A stretch of 46,065 bases of DNA from a virus (Duplodnaviria > Caudoviricetes). The notes beneath the pieces are model-generated. The model did no database searches, was not told the origin of the DNA, and saw only the letters and a list, made by a program, of their open reading frames with translations. This document shows, piece by piece, positions 36,544-44,849 of this stretch (within the stretch, counting starts at the first letter, position 1; every line of letters starts with the position of its first letter). A program made the translations under genes and the position numbers. Location: the IMG/VR virus record IMGVR_UViG_3300043388_000014, positions 1 to 46,065 of that record; one strand, 5' to 3'.

Positions 36544-37271
36544 GCGACCCTCCAGTACCCGCTGGTCTCGTCTTTCCAGATGTCCACAGAGTCTCCGGCG
36601 ACCAGGGCCACGAGGTTCGCCTTTCGGTACTGGAGCCGGTTCGCGGCGGTCGACGTGGCGAAGCTATTCCTCGAGAACCGGAGATCGAAGTCCCCCGTGG
36701 CCACGTTGATGATTGTCTTCCTCTTCACCGAGACGTTCCCGTCGAAGGAGGCGATGGCGACCGACTGCGCCGAGGGAGAAAGCAGCACGTACCGCGCTCC
36801 GCTCCACCCCACCGGGGAGTAGTCGACCTGGTCTGTCGCGACCACGAAGGGCCCGATGGTGACGTCTGCCGCGACGGAGCCGCCGAACGTGAACACGTAG
36901 AACAGCGTCCCGTCACAGACCATCTCCGCCCCGGAGTACTGGCTGGAGAGCACCCCCACGTTCACCCCCTGGACGGTCACCGCGTTGGCGGAGGCGTCCG
37001 TCTTCACCACGATGATCCGGCGTTCCCAGAGGGAGGCGGTCGGCGGGGTAATGATCAGGGGGCCGGCTGAGGCATCCGCCAGGACGACGTCCGTTCGCAG
37101 GTCGAGCGTCGTCGACGCCGTGACCGATTGGACCTGGTTTTGGGCGAGGTTGTTGGTGAGCTCGCGGAGGGCGCGCAGGACGGGGTGCGCGGTCCGCTGG
37201 GACCAGTCGAGGAGGGTCTTCTCGTCGGGGGCCCGACCGGAGACCGTGAGGGTGACGGGCGGGGCGTTCAC
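36540..37271 (-). CDS. Tail-fibre-like protein
   Basis: GTG at 37271; VVLADASAGPLIITPPTA...IIVVKTDASANAVTV, a motif common in phage fibres. Confidence 0.6.
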   Translation of the reverse strand: MNAPPVTLTVSGRAPDEKTLLDWSQRTAHPVLRALRELTNNLAQNQVQSVTASTTLDLRTDVVLADASAGPLIITPPTASLWERRIIVVKTDASANAVTVQGVNVGVLSSQYSGAEMVCDGTLFYVFTFGGSVAADVTIGPFVVATDQVDYSPVGWSGARYVLLSPSAQSVAIASFDGNVSVKRKTIINVATGDFDLRFSRNSFATSTAANRLQYRKANLVALVAGDSVDIWKDETSGYWRVA

Positions 37272-37663
37272 CGGAACCAGGGCCTCATAGCGTCCATGAT
37301 CGCTTTGTACAGGGCCGCCCGCATGGGGTCCTTCTTGGGTCCCTTCTCCATCCAGTCGATTTTCACCTCGTCCGACAGGTCTACCCAGTCCTTTTTGAGG
37401 CCCGGGTTCACCGTGAAGGTGATGAGCCGTCGGTCTGCCAGGAAGGCTATCTCCGCCACCTGGGCGATGGTCATCGGACGCCGTTCCTGCTCGGGGACCC
37501 ACTCGCCGACCTTGAAGGCGCGCACGATTTCCTCGTGGGGGCGGTCGAGCCGAATCTTGTCGATGCCCTCGCGACGGACGCGGTAGCCGAGGTCCCCGGA
37601 AGAAGACTCCCGGAACCATTCGCGCTCTTGGGGAGCTGGGTCCCAGTCGCGGTCAGTCTTCAT
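37268..37663 (-). CDS. Hypothetical protein
   Basis: MKTDRDWDPAP...; AGGA RBS. Confidence 0.65.
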   Translation of the reverse strand: MKTDRDWDPAPQEREWFRESSSGDLGYRVRREGIDKIRLDRPHEEIVRAFKVGEWVPEQERRPMTIAQVAEIAFLADRRLITFTVNPGLKKDWVDLSDEVKIDWMEKGPKKDPMRAALYKAIMDAMRPWFR

Positions 37664-37740
37664 GCCCGGTGTCCTGCAAGCTGAAAAAAAATGAGGACCA
37701 GTACCGCACAGAGGAGCACGACGCCCCAACCCCAGCTCAC
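37660..37740 (-). CDS. 26-aa single-TM micropeptide
   Basis: MSWGWGVVLLCAVLVLIFFQLAGHRA; GTGA and ATGA overlaps fill the gap exactly. Confidence 0.5.
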   Translation of the reverse strand: MSWGWGVVLLCAVLVLIFFQLAGHRA

Positions 37741-38189
37741 GAGTCCCCTTCGATTTCCTGCTCCGGGAACTGCTGCGCCGGGAGCGTTAGGTACACCTTG
37801 CCCACATTCAGCGAGACCGGTCGCCCCTTCTCGGCGGCTCGGGCTCGGGTGATGCCGGTGTGAACCAAAACAGCGTGCTTCGTGCCCACGGGGGCCTCCT
37901 TGTTGTTCATCTGATTGAACCTCGCGGCGCGAAACCGGTCCCAGGCCTTCGCCTCGCCGAGTTCTTCGATCCACTCGGGGAGCGGGGCTTCCGCGTCCAC
38001 CGGGAGCTTCGCATACATCAGACCGTCGAGGACGGCCGTGCTCGCTTCCTGGAGAATCTTGTCTTCGAGACGGGCTATCTCCTCGCGGGCGATGAGTGCC
38101 GGAGAGCGGTCGTCCGCCTTGACCAAGGACTTGGTCTCGAGCGTGCCCTCCAGCACTTCGTCATCCAGCTCGAGGGTGGCCAATGGCAC
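37737..38189 (-). CDS. Hypothetical protein (possible terminase small subunit)
   Basis: 150 aa, helical with a C-terminal beta strand; the TerS call rests on position only. Confidence 0.5.
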   Translation of the reverse strand: MPLATLELDDEVLEGTLETKSLVKADDRSPALIAREEIARLEDKILQEASTAVLDGLMYAKLPVDAEAPLPEWIEELGEAKAWDRFRAARFNQMNNKEAPVGTKHAVLVHTGITRARAAEKGRPVSLNVGKVYLTLPAQQFPEQEIEGDS

Positions 38190-38481
38190 TCATGCTCCCG
38201 ACTACTTGGATGGAGTTCCCTTGTACCTCGGTCTCTTCCACCTCGCTCTTGAATCCCAAAATGCCAAGCTCCCCGAGGAACTGCGCCAGGGTGACCCCGG
38301 TGTCTTCGCCTTCGTCTCCGCCTTTGGGCTTCACGAGGTGGCAGTCTAGCAGCGCGGAGAGCTTTTGGTTGACCGCCACCCCGAAGGACAGAGCGTCTTC
38401 CTTCCGGCTCTCCACGCGGAGCGGGATGACCACCTCGCCGTCACCGACCTTGAGCCGACGCCCGACGATGTAGACCTTCAC
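38161..38481 (-). CDS. Hypothetical protein
   Basis: 106 aa; GTGA coupling. Confidence 0.6.
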   Translation of the reverse strand: MKVYIVGRRLKVGDGEVVIPLRVESRKEDALSFGVAVNQKLSALLDCHLVKPKGGDEGEDTGVTLAQFLGELGILGFKSEVEETEVQGNSIQVVGSMSAIGHPRAG

Positions 38482-38582
38482 GGCCAGTCCCTCAGCAGCG
38501 AGCGAATGAGCCCGAACATCGTCAAGGCGACAAAGACCAGCCCCGCGACGATGGCTCCGATCATGAGGCTCTCCTCGTCCAT
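38478..38582 (-). CDS. 34-aa single-TM protein
   Basis: Translated by hand: MDEESLMIGAIVAGLVFVALTMFGLIRSLLRDWP; GGAGG RBS; coupled on both sides. Confidence 0.55.
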   Translation of the reverse strand: MDEESLMIGAIVAGLVFVALTMFGLIRSLLRDWP

Positions 38583-38812
38583 CACCCCTCCGGGAGGTCG
38601 TCCAGCGTGAGCTGGGACGCCGGCTTGGGGGCGGGAGCGCGCGCCGGCAGTTCCGAATGGCAGACCGCGGAGAGCCAGTTCACCACCCGGATTCGGGCCT
38701 CTGGGGTGTCCAGGGTCGAGATAGCGGCCCTCGCCTTCCGCATCGCGGACATTTCCCTGTCTGCCGGCGGCAGCTCCGCCAGCGCCCGTCGTTTCTTCTT
38801 TTCGTCAGCCAT
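38582..38812 (-). CDS. Hypothetical protein
   Basis: MADEKKKRR...; GGAGG RBS. Confidence 0.6.
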   Translation of the reverse strand: MADEKKKRRALAELPPADREMSAMRKARAAISTLDTPEARIRVVNWLSAVCHSELPARAPAPKPASQLTLDDLPEG

Positions 38813-38814
38813 GT

Positions 38815-39213
38815 TCAGTCCTCCAGCACCGTCAACAGAACCCCCGGGGCGAGCTTTGACACACTCCACGTCCGGGAGATTGCTTTCACTTGTTTCCAGC
38901 CGTCGTTCTCGAGCAGCCCCGCTTCTTGGAGCGCGTCGAAGATCATCTTCTCGGCCCCAGAGCAGAAGTTGTCCGGGTCACGACGCTTGTTCGGCTCGCG
39001 CACCTCGAACAGGAAGACCGCCGGAGTGGTGATTTTCTTGAATCCCGAGGCCCGCGCGAGCATCATCACCTTCGCGCCGACCGCCCGCTTCATGTCAGAG
39101 TAGGCGTCCCAGCGCTTTCCGCCACGGCCGACCGTCATGGACGAGCGCGCCTTGGCGTCGATGATCTCGTTCATGCCCGGCAGAGGCCCCGGGATGAAAA
39201 GCGTCTGCGTCAT
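38815..39213 (-). CDS. rusA: RusA-like Holliday junction resolvase
   Basis: PGPLPGMNEII...RRDPDNF...KMIFDALQEAGLLENDG. Confidence 0.8.
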   Translation of the reverse strand: MTQTLFIPGPLPGMNEIIDAKARSSMTVGRGGKRWDAYSDMKRAVGAKVMMLARASGFKKITTPAVFLFEVREPNKRRDPDNFCSGAEKMIFDALQEAGLLENDGWKQVKAISRTWSVSKLAPGVLLTVLED

Positions 39214-39431
39214 CAGAAGTCGTCCCTCCAGAGCTCCAACTTGCCCTCAGGGCTCCTTTCTGCCGTCACCCAGCTACCGGCCTGGACGGGCCAGCAAGCG
39301 GTCACCCAGGCCTCCTGACGCCTCCGCAGCTCCTCGACGTCCCAGCCCTCGACCATCTCCAGCGCAGCCCGCCTGATGCCCCTGGCGTCCATCTTCAGCA
39401 CCGGGCCCTGAACCACTAGATGCATGTGCAC
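39213..39431 (-). CDS. Hypothetical protein
   Basis: 72 aa; first gene after the promoter at about 39440-39466. Confidence 0.5.
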   Translation of the reverse strand: MHMHLVVQGPVLKMDARGIRRAALEMVEGWDVEELRRRQEAWVTACWPVQAGSWVTAERSPEGKLELWRDDF

Positions 39432-39437
39432 CAGGGC

Positions 39438-39466
39438 ATCCTGTCACAGAGACGTGACCACGTCAA
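39438..39466 (-). promoter_or_regulatory. Promoter for the long minus-strand operon, overlapped by the operator
   Basis: TTGACG-17 bp-CAGGAT with a TG extension; GACGTGACCACGTC at 39451-39464. Confidence 0.55.
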
Positions 39467-39963
39467 CCCCTATCTTCAGTGTGGGGCTCCCACAGTCGAC
39501 GTGTGTCCGTTTTGACACACGTGGCCCACCGGGCAGACCCCGACCACCCCACTGGAATCCCTGGTGGGGGCCGTCTCTGCGATGCCTGCTCTGCCTGCCC
39601 ACCGGGGTCCGCTTTGCCAGTTTGGGTGGGGGCCTTCGCCAGGCTTTCTCTCTCGCTGCGCCACCGCCGGGGACACTCCCGCGCGGCATCCTGTCCCTAC
39701 CGGGGTCGGGGTAGAAGATTCGCGGTCCGGCGCGCTCCCTGGCGTCGCTGCGGGACAGGTTGACGCATTTCACCCCGGTCCACTTGAGACCAGACCAGGG
39801 AGCTCTCCGTTTCGGCCGCCGCCGTAGACCCTGTGCATGGGTCCAATTGTGCGCAAAGAGCGTGCGCTTCGCCCGTGACCACAACTGAGAGCTTGCTCAG
39901 TGGGGCCGTTTGGGCTACTTTCCGCATTGGGAAGTAATGCACCCCAGAGACTTAGCAGTCTCC

Positions 39964-40006
39964 CGACCCGCCTGTCCACTCCTGGTCCGGCGGGTCGAGT
40001 CTTTTT
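39964..40006 (+). terminator. Intrinsic terminator-like hairpin
   Basis: CGACCCGCC/GGCGGGTCG 9-bp stem followed by AGTCTTTTT. Confidence 0.4.
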
Positions 40007-40088
40007 GTCGCCTGAACGTTTGCCGCCCACAGTCGCCTACAGGTAGGCACGATTTGCCCCTGTGACGGGATGCGTCGGGCGATTTGCC

Positions 40089-40117
40089 TCGACCCGTGGT
40101 CACGTTTCAGGCATGCT
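40089..40117 (+). promoter_or_regulatory. Promoter candidate with operator in spacer
   Basis: TCGACC-17 bp-CATGCT; GTGGTCAC at 40096-40103. Confidence 0.45.
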
Positions 40118-40239
40118 TCAGGCTCACGGCGATTGGGTCTCCTGGTTCATGGCGGTTGGGACGGCGTCGCCCGGGTTCTGTGGCGGTTTTCCGGGCGACG
40201 CCTGCCCGCTTCGGAGGTCTCTTGGGATTCGGTGAAGAA

Positions 40240-40809
40240 ATGGTCTCGGAGATTCGCAAGGCGGTCGTCGAGGAGCTGCGCGGGGCGCTCGCGCTGTCCA
40301 GGCCGGAGCCCATCCCGTTCCCCCCGCCGAATGATGTCAGCGCCGAAGACCAACTCCTGCATCTTGCGCTGACAAACGCTCTGGAGATTGCCTGCGGTTC
40401 CCTTTTAGCCTCCGAGTTCTTCTCGCTTCTGAATGCTCAGCTCTGGACCGCCTGCGATGCCGTCCAGCAGCGCGGCGAGCGGCCCTCCATCCCTGCCCTC
40501 AGCGCCGAGCTGGAAGCGGCGGGGCTGGTCGTCACGGAGACGATGAAGGTCCAAATGGAGGAGCTTTGGATCCCCTTCACCCTCGAAGGCACCCCGTCGC
40601 AGTTGGCGGAGCGCGTCCGGGAGAAGGCCAGGGCGCGGAAGCTCATCGACTGGATGGGGCGGATGGAGCTCGAACTTCGGACGGGGGTCTCCTCGTCCGG
40701 TGACGTGAGAAACAAGATGGCCCGATGGGTCAAGGGAGTAACGGATGTCAAACCTGAAGGCGGACACGGGCCTGGCGTACGAGATAGCCGCGTTCGAGAC
40801 GTGGCGTGA
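40240..40809 (+). CDS. Stand-alone DnaB N-terminal-domain protein
   Basis: PPPNDVSAEDQLL..L...LLASEFFSLLNAQLWTACDAVQQRGERPSIPALSAEL matches the DnaB-N pattern; no ATPase domain follows. Confidence 0.7.
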   Translation: MVSEIRKAVVEELRGALALSRPEPIPFPPPNDVSAEDQLLHLALTNALEIACGSLLASEFFSLLNAQLWTACDAVQQRGERPSIPALSAELEAAGLVVTETMKVQMEELWIPFTLEGTPSQLAERVREKARARKLIDWMGRMELELRTGVSSSGDVRNKMARWVKGVTDVKPEGGHGPGVRDSRVRDVA

Positions 40810-40927
40810 GAACGTGAACCGGAGCGACTTCTGCACGCTCCGCATCGGGCCGGGACACGTGGTCGTCTACGACATGCGGGACAGCGACAAGCCGCCCATC
40901 TCCATCTTCGCATCGTCGGGCGAGTGA
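40745..40927 (+). CDS. Hypothetical protein
   Basis: GGGAG RBS; 60 aa; coupled to the next gene. Confidence 0.5.
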   Translation: MSNLKADTGLAYEIAAFETWRENVNRSDFCTLRIGPGHVVVYDMRDSDKPPISIFASSGE

Positions 40928-41166
40928 CCTTCAGGAGCCGCCAAGAGGGCTTCACCCAGAACACCCTGGCGAAGCACCTCCACTGCTCGAAAGCACGGCT
41001 CGCCGTCTATGTGAAGGCAGCCGGGGTCGTCCGGCGGGTGAAGTGGCGCTACGAGTCAGCGCCGCCCGTCTATCACAAGTTCACCAAGGCCGAGACGGAG
41101 GCCATCCTCCGGGCGGCATGGGCCGCCAAGGGCCGGGGGCACGCTCGCAAGATGGGGCTTCTGTGA
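40924..41166 (+). CDS. Small basic, possibly HTH DNA-binding protein
   Basis: FTQNTLAKHLHCSKARLAVYVKAAG. Confidence 0.55.
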   Translation: MTFRSRQEGFTQNTLAKHLHCSKARLAVYVKAAGVVRRVKWRYESAPPVYHKFTKAETEAILRAAWAAKGRGHARKMGLL

Positions 41167-41208
41167 GCTGGTCACACGACTTCTGGGCAGACCGACAGGA
41201 CGCCGAAA

Positions 41209-41430
41209 ATGAGCAGATGGAGCAAGCGCGAAGACGACGAGCAGCCCTCCATCGAGCAGTTCGCGTTGAAGATCGAGGAGGAGGCCATCAAGTGGGCGAA
41301 GCGCAGGGAGCGGGGGGAGAACATCGACGCCATCCCGACCCGGCCAAGGAAGCTCAGCCCGGTGGAACGCCGCTATCTGGACATGCTGGCGGAACGGCGG
41401 GCTCTGGAGGCTGAGCTGGCCGACTGGTGA
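41209..41430 (+). CDS. Hypothetical protein
   Basis: 73 aa, charged and helical; AGGA RBS. Confidence 0.5.
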   Translation: MSRWSKREDDEQPSIEQFALKIEEEAIKWAKRRERGENIDAIPTRPRKLSPVERRYLDMLAERRALEAELADW

Positions 41431-41566
41431 GGAACCGGTCGACCATACGAAGGAGCGCGATCACTTGAGCCACGTCCTTCTCTAGGTCGTCCGCCATCGC
41501 CGCGCGCTCGGCGACTGAAAGGCGCGCCGGATTCCTCAGGCGCGCGATCACTTCGCGGCTCCTCAC
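41354..41566 (-). CDS. Hypothetical protein
   Basis: GGAG RBS; GTGA coupling. Confidence 0.45.
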   Translation of the reverse strand: MRSREVIARLRNPARLSVAERAAMADDLEKDVAQVIALLRMVDRFLTSRPAQPPEPAVPPACPDSGVPPG

Positions 41567-41988
41567 GGTATCTCCATCGTCGGGTTACACGTCATGACCA
41601 CGGCAGGTTGCGCAACGAATCCACTTCGCGCCAGCAGCCGCACAATACCTCGGTGACGGGCGACAACAATCGGATGCTTTCCGCGTGCCGCCACGTATGA
41701 ACGCACCAGGTACACGAGCAGAACCACCGCGCGATGGCGAAGTCGAAGTCCGGCTCCGGGGCAGGTGGCAAGGTTCTCGACGAAGACATACGGCCCCTTG
41801 GTTGGATACATGCAAACCCCCGCCACGATACCCCGAGAGTCCCCGACGAAGAGCGAGTCCTCGGGGTAGGGAGGGCGAGGTAGCTTCCGAAAATCGAACC
41901 ACCGACAGAACGCCTCCCAGGTCTCGGGAGAGTTCGGGTGGACGAGGAGGGGCGGGCGCTTCGGGCGCTTCGGTTTTTTAACGGCCAA
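41563..41988 (-). CDS. GNAT-like fold protein (start uncertain)
   Basis: SLFVGDSRGIVAGVCMYPT..YVFVENLATCP...LLARSGF. Confidence 0.5.
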   Translation of the reverse strand: MAVKKPKRPKRPPLLVHPNSPETWEAFCRWFDFRKLPRPPYPEDSLFVGDSRGIVAGVCMYPTKGPYVFVENLATCPGAGLRLRHRAVVLLVYLVRSYVAARGKHPIVVARHRGIVRLLARSGFVAQPAVVMTCNPTMEIP

Positions 41989-42127
41989 AGGGGCCCCGCT
42001 CGATGCACGCCAGGTGGACGGCGAAGCAGAAGTCGCGGAATGAGAGAGGGCGCCTCCCGACACCGAGCCATGCCGCGAGGCGCTTGACGTCCCTCGGGTC
42101 GGCCCGCTCGAGCTCGTCGAGCCTCAC
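41978..42127 (-). CDS. Hypothetical protein
   Basis: MRLDELERADPRDVKRLAAWLG; GTGA coupling. Confidence 0.45.
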   Translation of the reverse strand: MRLDELERADPRDVKRLAAWLGVGRRPLSFRDFCFAVHLACIERGPFGR

Positions 42128-42309
42128 AGCTTCGCTCGCTTTTGGCATTCTACCCATGCGTCCTTGATGGCCTGAGAGTTCGTCGTGGCTACGTAGCTCT
42201 TGAGAGCCTGGTAGGACAAGCACACCTTGTGCGCCGCCTCGGTCGGCGTCATCGACTCGAAGAGCGCGGCCCGGATAGCCTGGCGAGACGGAGTGACGTT
42301 GGCCATCAT
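42124..42309 (-). CDS. Small HTH-like protein
   Basis: MTPTEAAHKVCLSYQALKSY. Confidence 0.5.
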   Translation of the reverse strand: MMANVTPSRQAIRAALFESMTPTEAAHKVCLSYQALKSYVATTNSQAIKDAWVECQKRAKL

Positions 42310-42623
42310 CGCGCCCTCTTGGCGTACGACAGCCCCGCCACCACGCCAACCATCACCCCGATATACCCCGCCGCCCCCAGCACCCCCGCGGCGTACCAGA
42401 AAGCTCCGTAGCTACCCAAGTCCACCAGGAACAGGGCCGACCACGCGACAGCCGGGACGAGACCCCCGAGAGCCAGCCCGCCAACGAAGTAGGGGAAACC
42501 CGTTCGGAGACGGGAGACGGGCCGAGTCACCGTGACGGGGAAGTCGAAGCGAGGGAAGGCGTCCGCGGGCAGTGGCGCCAGGTTCGGGACCGTGTCCTCC
42601 TCCGCGTCGTAGCGCTCAAGCAT
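42306..42623 (-). CDS. Two-TM membrane protein, probably leaderless
   Basis: Two hydrophobic segments; ATG lies 5 nt after TATGAT. Confidence 0.65.
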   Translation of the reverse strand: MLERYDAEEDTVPNLAPLPADAFPRFDFPVTVTRPVSRLRTGFPYFVGGLALGGLVPAVAWSALFLVDLGSYGAFWYAAGVLGAAGYIGVMVGVVAGLSYAKRAR

Positions 42624-42628
42624 ACCGT

Positions 42629-42657
42629 ATCATACGTGACCACAGGCCCTCCGTCCA
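42629..42657 (-). promoter_or_regulatory. Sigma70-like promoter with operator in spacer
   Basis: TGGACG-17 bp-TATGAT; GTGACCAC at 42636-42643. Confidence 0.65.
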
Positions 42658-42743
42658 GGAATTTTTGGGATGGGGTGCCCCCCATCTCCGGCCGCCCCCT
42701 CTCCCCCAACCGTACCCGGTCGGCCCGCGGCCTGAACACCCAG

Positions 42744-43212
42744 CCAGTGTGGCCGCCGCACAGTGTGGCCGCCGCACAGTGTGGGCCTGACGCAGTGGGG
42801 CACACTGCTCGGGGTAGCAGGCTGCGCGGGTGCGCACGTAGGCAGCCCCGGGGATTGAAGGCTGGACTGGCAAGTTCTTTGACGGCGCTGCTAAGAAGAG
42901 GAGGCCCTAGCAGCCCCGGGCCAGGGTCCCCCCGTCGGTGTAGGTGCGTGTCGGTGTGTGTCAAAGGAGACACGTGTCAAACGGGACACACCCTGTGGGG
43001 CGCCCACACTGTGGGGTCGCCACAGCCCAGCGGAGGCAGGGTCTCATACTCATAGGAGAGCTGTGCCTGCCTCCCCTCGTCTCGGCCCAGGCGGCCTCGC
43101 CGGCCCCCTCCAAGGGCTCGCCAGGCTGCGCCCGGAGGGCGGCCAGTGACCAGACGGCGTGTCCGTTTTGACACACTGAACGGCTGTCTGAGAATCGCAC
43201 TGTGGGGGCCAC
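42744..43212. repeat. Non-coding cluster of palindromes and 16-bp repeats
   Basis: CAGTGTGGCCGCCGCA tandem; GTGTC-N6-GACAC at 42958, 42974 and 43159; TGTGGG..CCACA boxes. Confidence 0.75.
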
Positions 43213-43219
43213 GTCGGCC

Positions 43220-43248
43220 TTGACCCGTGACCACGGCTCCGCCATACT
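43220..43248 (+). promoter_or_regulatory. Sigma70-like early promoter with operator in spacer
   Basis: TTGACC-17 bp-CATACT; GTGACCAC at 43227-43234. Confidence 0.65.
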
Positions 43249-43501
43249 GAGTGAGTCAGGCGGCGACGCCAGACGGACTGGCTGGAGCAGACAGCCTGAA
43301 CCAGGCCCGGGTGACGATGATGGGCTAGCGCGGAGGAGGCCACGGCGAATAGGTGGCCCGGACGGCGGTGAGAGGACCGCTAAGACCCAGCACTGATAAA
43401 GGCTGGCCCAACGCCCCGGTAGGCCTCGAGCCCCGGGGCCGAGGTGTCAGAGGCGTAGGCCTCCAGCCGGGTGCGAAGCCCGAGACCAAAGGAGACTGAG
43501 C

Positions 43502-43798
43502 ATGGCCAAGAAAGTGACCGCTATCGCTGGCAAGCCCTACGGGCACGTACCGGGGCACACGTACCATGACGTCGAGGTTGAGGCTTCTGGCAAGCTCGCG
43601 ACGCTGGCCGTTGTGTGGGGTTCGGCTCAGGGCTACGACGAGGAGCATGGGCGCCGTGAGTACGCCCGTCGCGGCTCTAGCCTGATCGACGCGCTCGACG
43701 CGGTTCGTGACGCAGCCCTCGCCGAGGAGAGTGACGATGCTGTGCGCGGCTACATCGAGACGGCGTGTGCGCGCGCCCAGGCCGAGGTGATGTCATGA
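43502..43798 (+). CDS. Hypothetical early protein
   Basis: AAGGAG RBS; 98 aa. Confidence 0.75.
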   Translation: MAKKVTAIAGKPYGHVPGHTYHDVEVEASGKLATLAVVWGSAQGYDEEHGRREYARRGSSLIDALDAVRDAALAEESDDAVRGYIETACARAQAEVMS

Positions 43799-44049
43799 GG
43801 CCCGGCACGATTCTCGTTATGAGCTCGCTCCTGTGGGGCTCGGGCTGTGCGTCGCTCCAGCACCCCGCGAACACGGTTACCCAGTGGGAACTCGCCGAGG
43901 TCAATACCCACCTGAACCACGGGGCCGGCGGGCTCGAGATACTGGACTTCTGCGAGACGCGGCTCGAGTGCGAGGAGCGCGCCCAGGATCTGAACGCCGA
44001 AGCGGACCGCCCCTTTGCGCTGGTGACCAGCGAAGAGGTGGTGCCGTGA
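43795..44049 (+). CDS. Small lipoprotein-like protein
   Basis: MRPGTILVMSSLLWGSG-C; GAGG RBS; ATGA coupling. Confidence 0.6.
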   Translation: MRPGTILVMSSLLWGSGCASLQHPANTVTQWELAEVNTHLNHGAGGLEILDFCETRLECEERAQDLNAEADRPFALVTSEEVVP

Positions 44050-44354
44050 AGTTCCAGAATCACAGGCTCGATGTCGAGCGCCAAGTGAGCGTCCCGAATC
44101 TAGACGCGATGCCAGAGGACGAACTCATGGCCTTTTGGAGCCGCTACGCTCGTCCGAGCCGTAAGGATGCGGAGGAACTCATAGGCGACCGTCGCAAGGG
44201 GTTCACGACCCTGAGCGGGCGCCTTGCGGGGTACGCCGCGAACAAGGCCACAGCGATCGCTTGCCGACTGAGGGGCGATATCCAGGCAGCTCAGGTCTAC
44301 GAGGATATCTGTGACGCAATCTACGAACGCATTCCCGAAGACATCCGTTGGTAG
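44046..44354 (+). CDS. Hypothetical protein
   Basis: GTG start with GAGG RBS; MKFQNHRLDVE...IPEDIRW. Confidence 0.65.
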   Translation: MKFQNHRLDVERQVSVPNLDAMPEDELMAFWSRYARPSRKDAEELIGDRRKGFTTLSGRLAGYAANKATAIACRLRGDIQAAQVYEDICDAIYERIPEDIRW

Positions 44355-44367
44355 CGGAAAGAACGCA

Positions 44368-44607
44368 ATAAAAACCATCAAAACACTACTGCTTCTCACT
44401 CTACTCGCCGCGTCGGCTGCCGCTGCGCCCAAGAAGGGGAAGGTCACTTGCGAGGTGGATACCATCCAGGCCGGGCATCGCGTCCGGCTCGACCCGAACG
44501 ACTACACCGCGAGGGAGGCCGTGGCCATTGTCACTGCCATCAACAAGACTGGCAAGGCGAGCGTCTTCGCCGTGTGCGGCATCGAGACTGCCGAGGCGAG
44601 CAATTGA
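44368..44607 (+). CDS. Secreted small protein, apparent ATA start
   Basis: (ATA)KTIKTLLLLTLLAASAAAA-PKKG signal peptide. Confidence 0.5.
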   Translation: MKTIKTLLLLTLLAASAAAAPKKGKVTCEVDTIQAGHRVRLDPNDYTAREAVAIVTAINKTGKASVFAVCGIETAEASN

Positions 44608-44849
44608 GCCGCATCTATATGTGCCGCGAGGGCGTCCCGGGGAGTGCCCTGGCCCTCCGTCGGGGAGCCTCGCCGGCTCCCGATGAGTGGCAGGCGCTGG
44701 CCTCTTGCGGACTCACGCTAGCTACGGACGGACGCCGCTACCTGAAGAGCGTGACCTGTCCGGTCAATGGCGACGGCTACGAGTACTGGCGGATAGAGCT
44801 GTTGGACTCGAGCGGGAACGTGGTGGGCAGCCGGGAGGTGAATTCATGA
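44604..44849 (+). CDS. Hypothetical protein
   Basis: TTGA coupling; 81 aa. Confidence 0.5.
   Translation: MSRIYMCREGVPGSALALRRGASPAPDEWQALASCGLTLATDGRRYLKSVTCPVNGDGYEYWRIELLDSSGNVVGSREVNS

Noticed and set aside
37683-37691. A-run as a minus-strand terminator
   Set aside because: No convincing stem precedes it; it is better explained as Ile-Phe-Phe codons of the 26-aa micropeptide.
43255-43500. Long GC-rich leader as a tRNA or known ncRNA
   Set aside because: No cloverleaf or T-loop signature recognised; hairpins are expected at this GC content.
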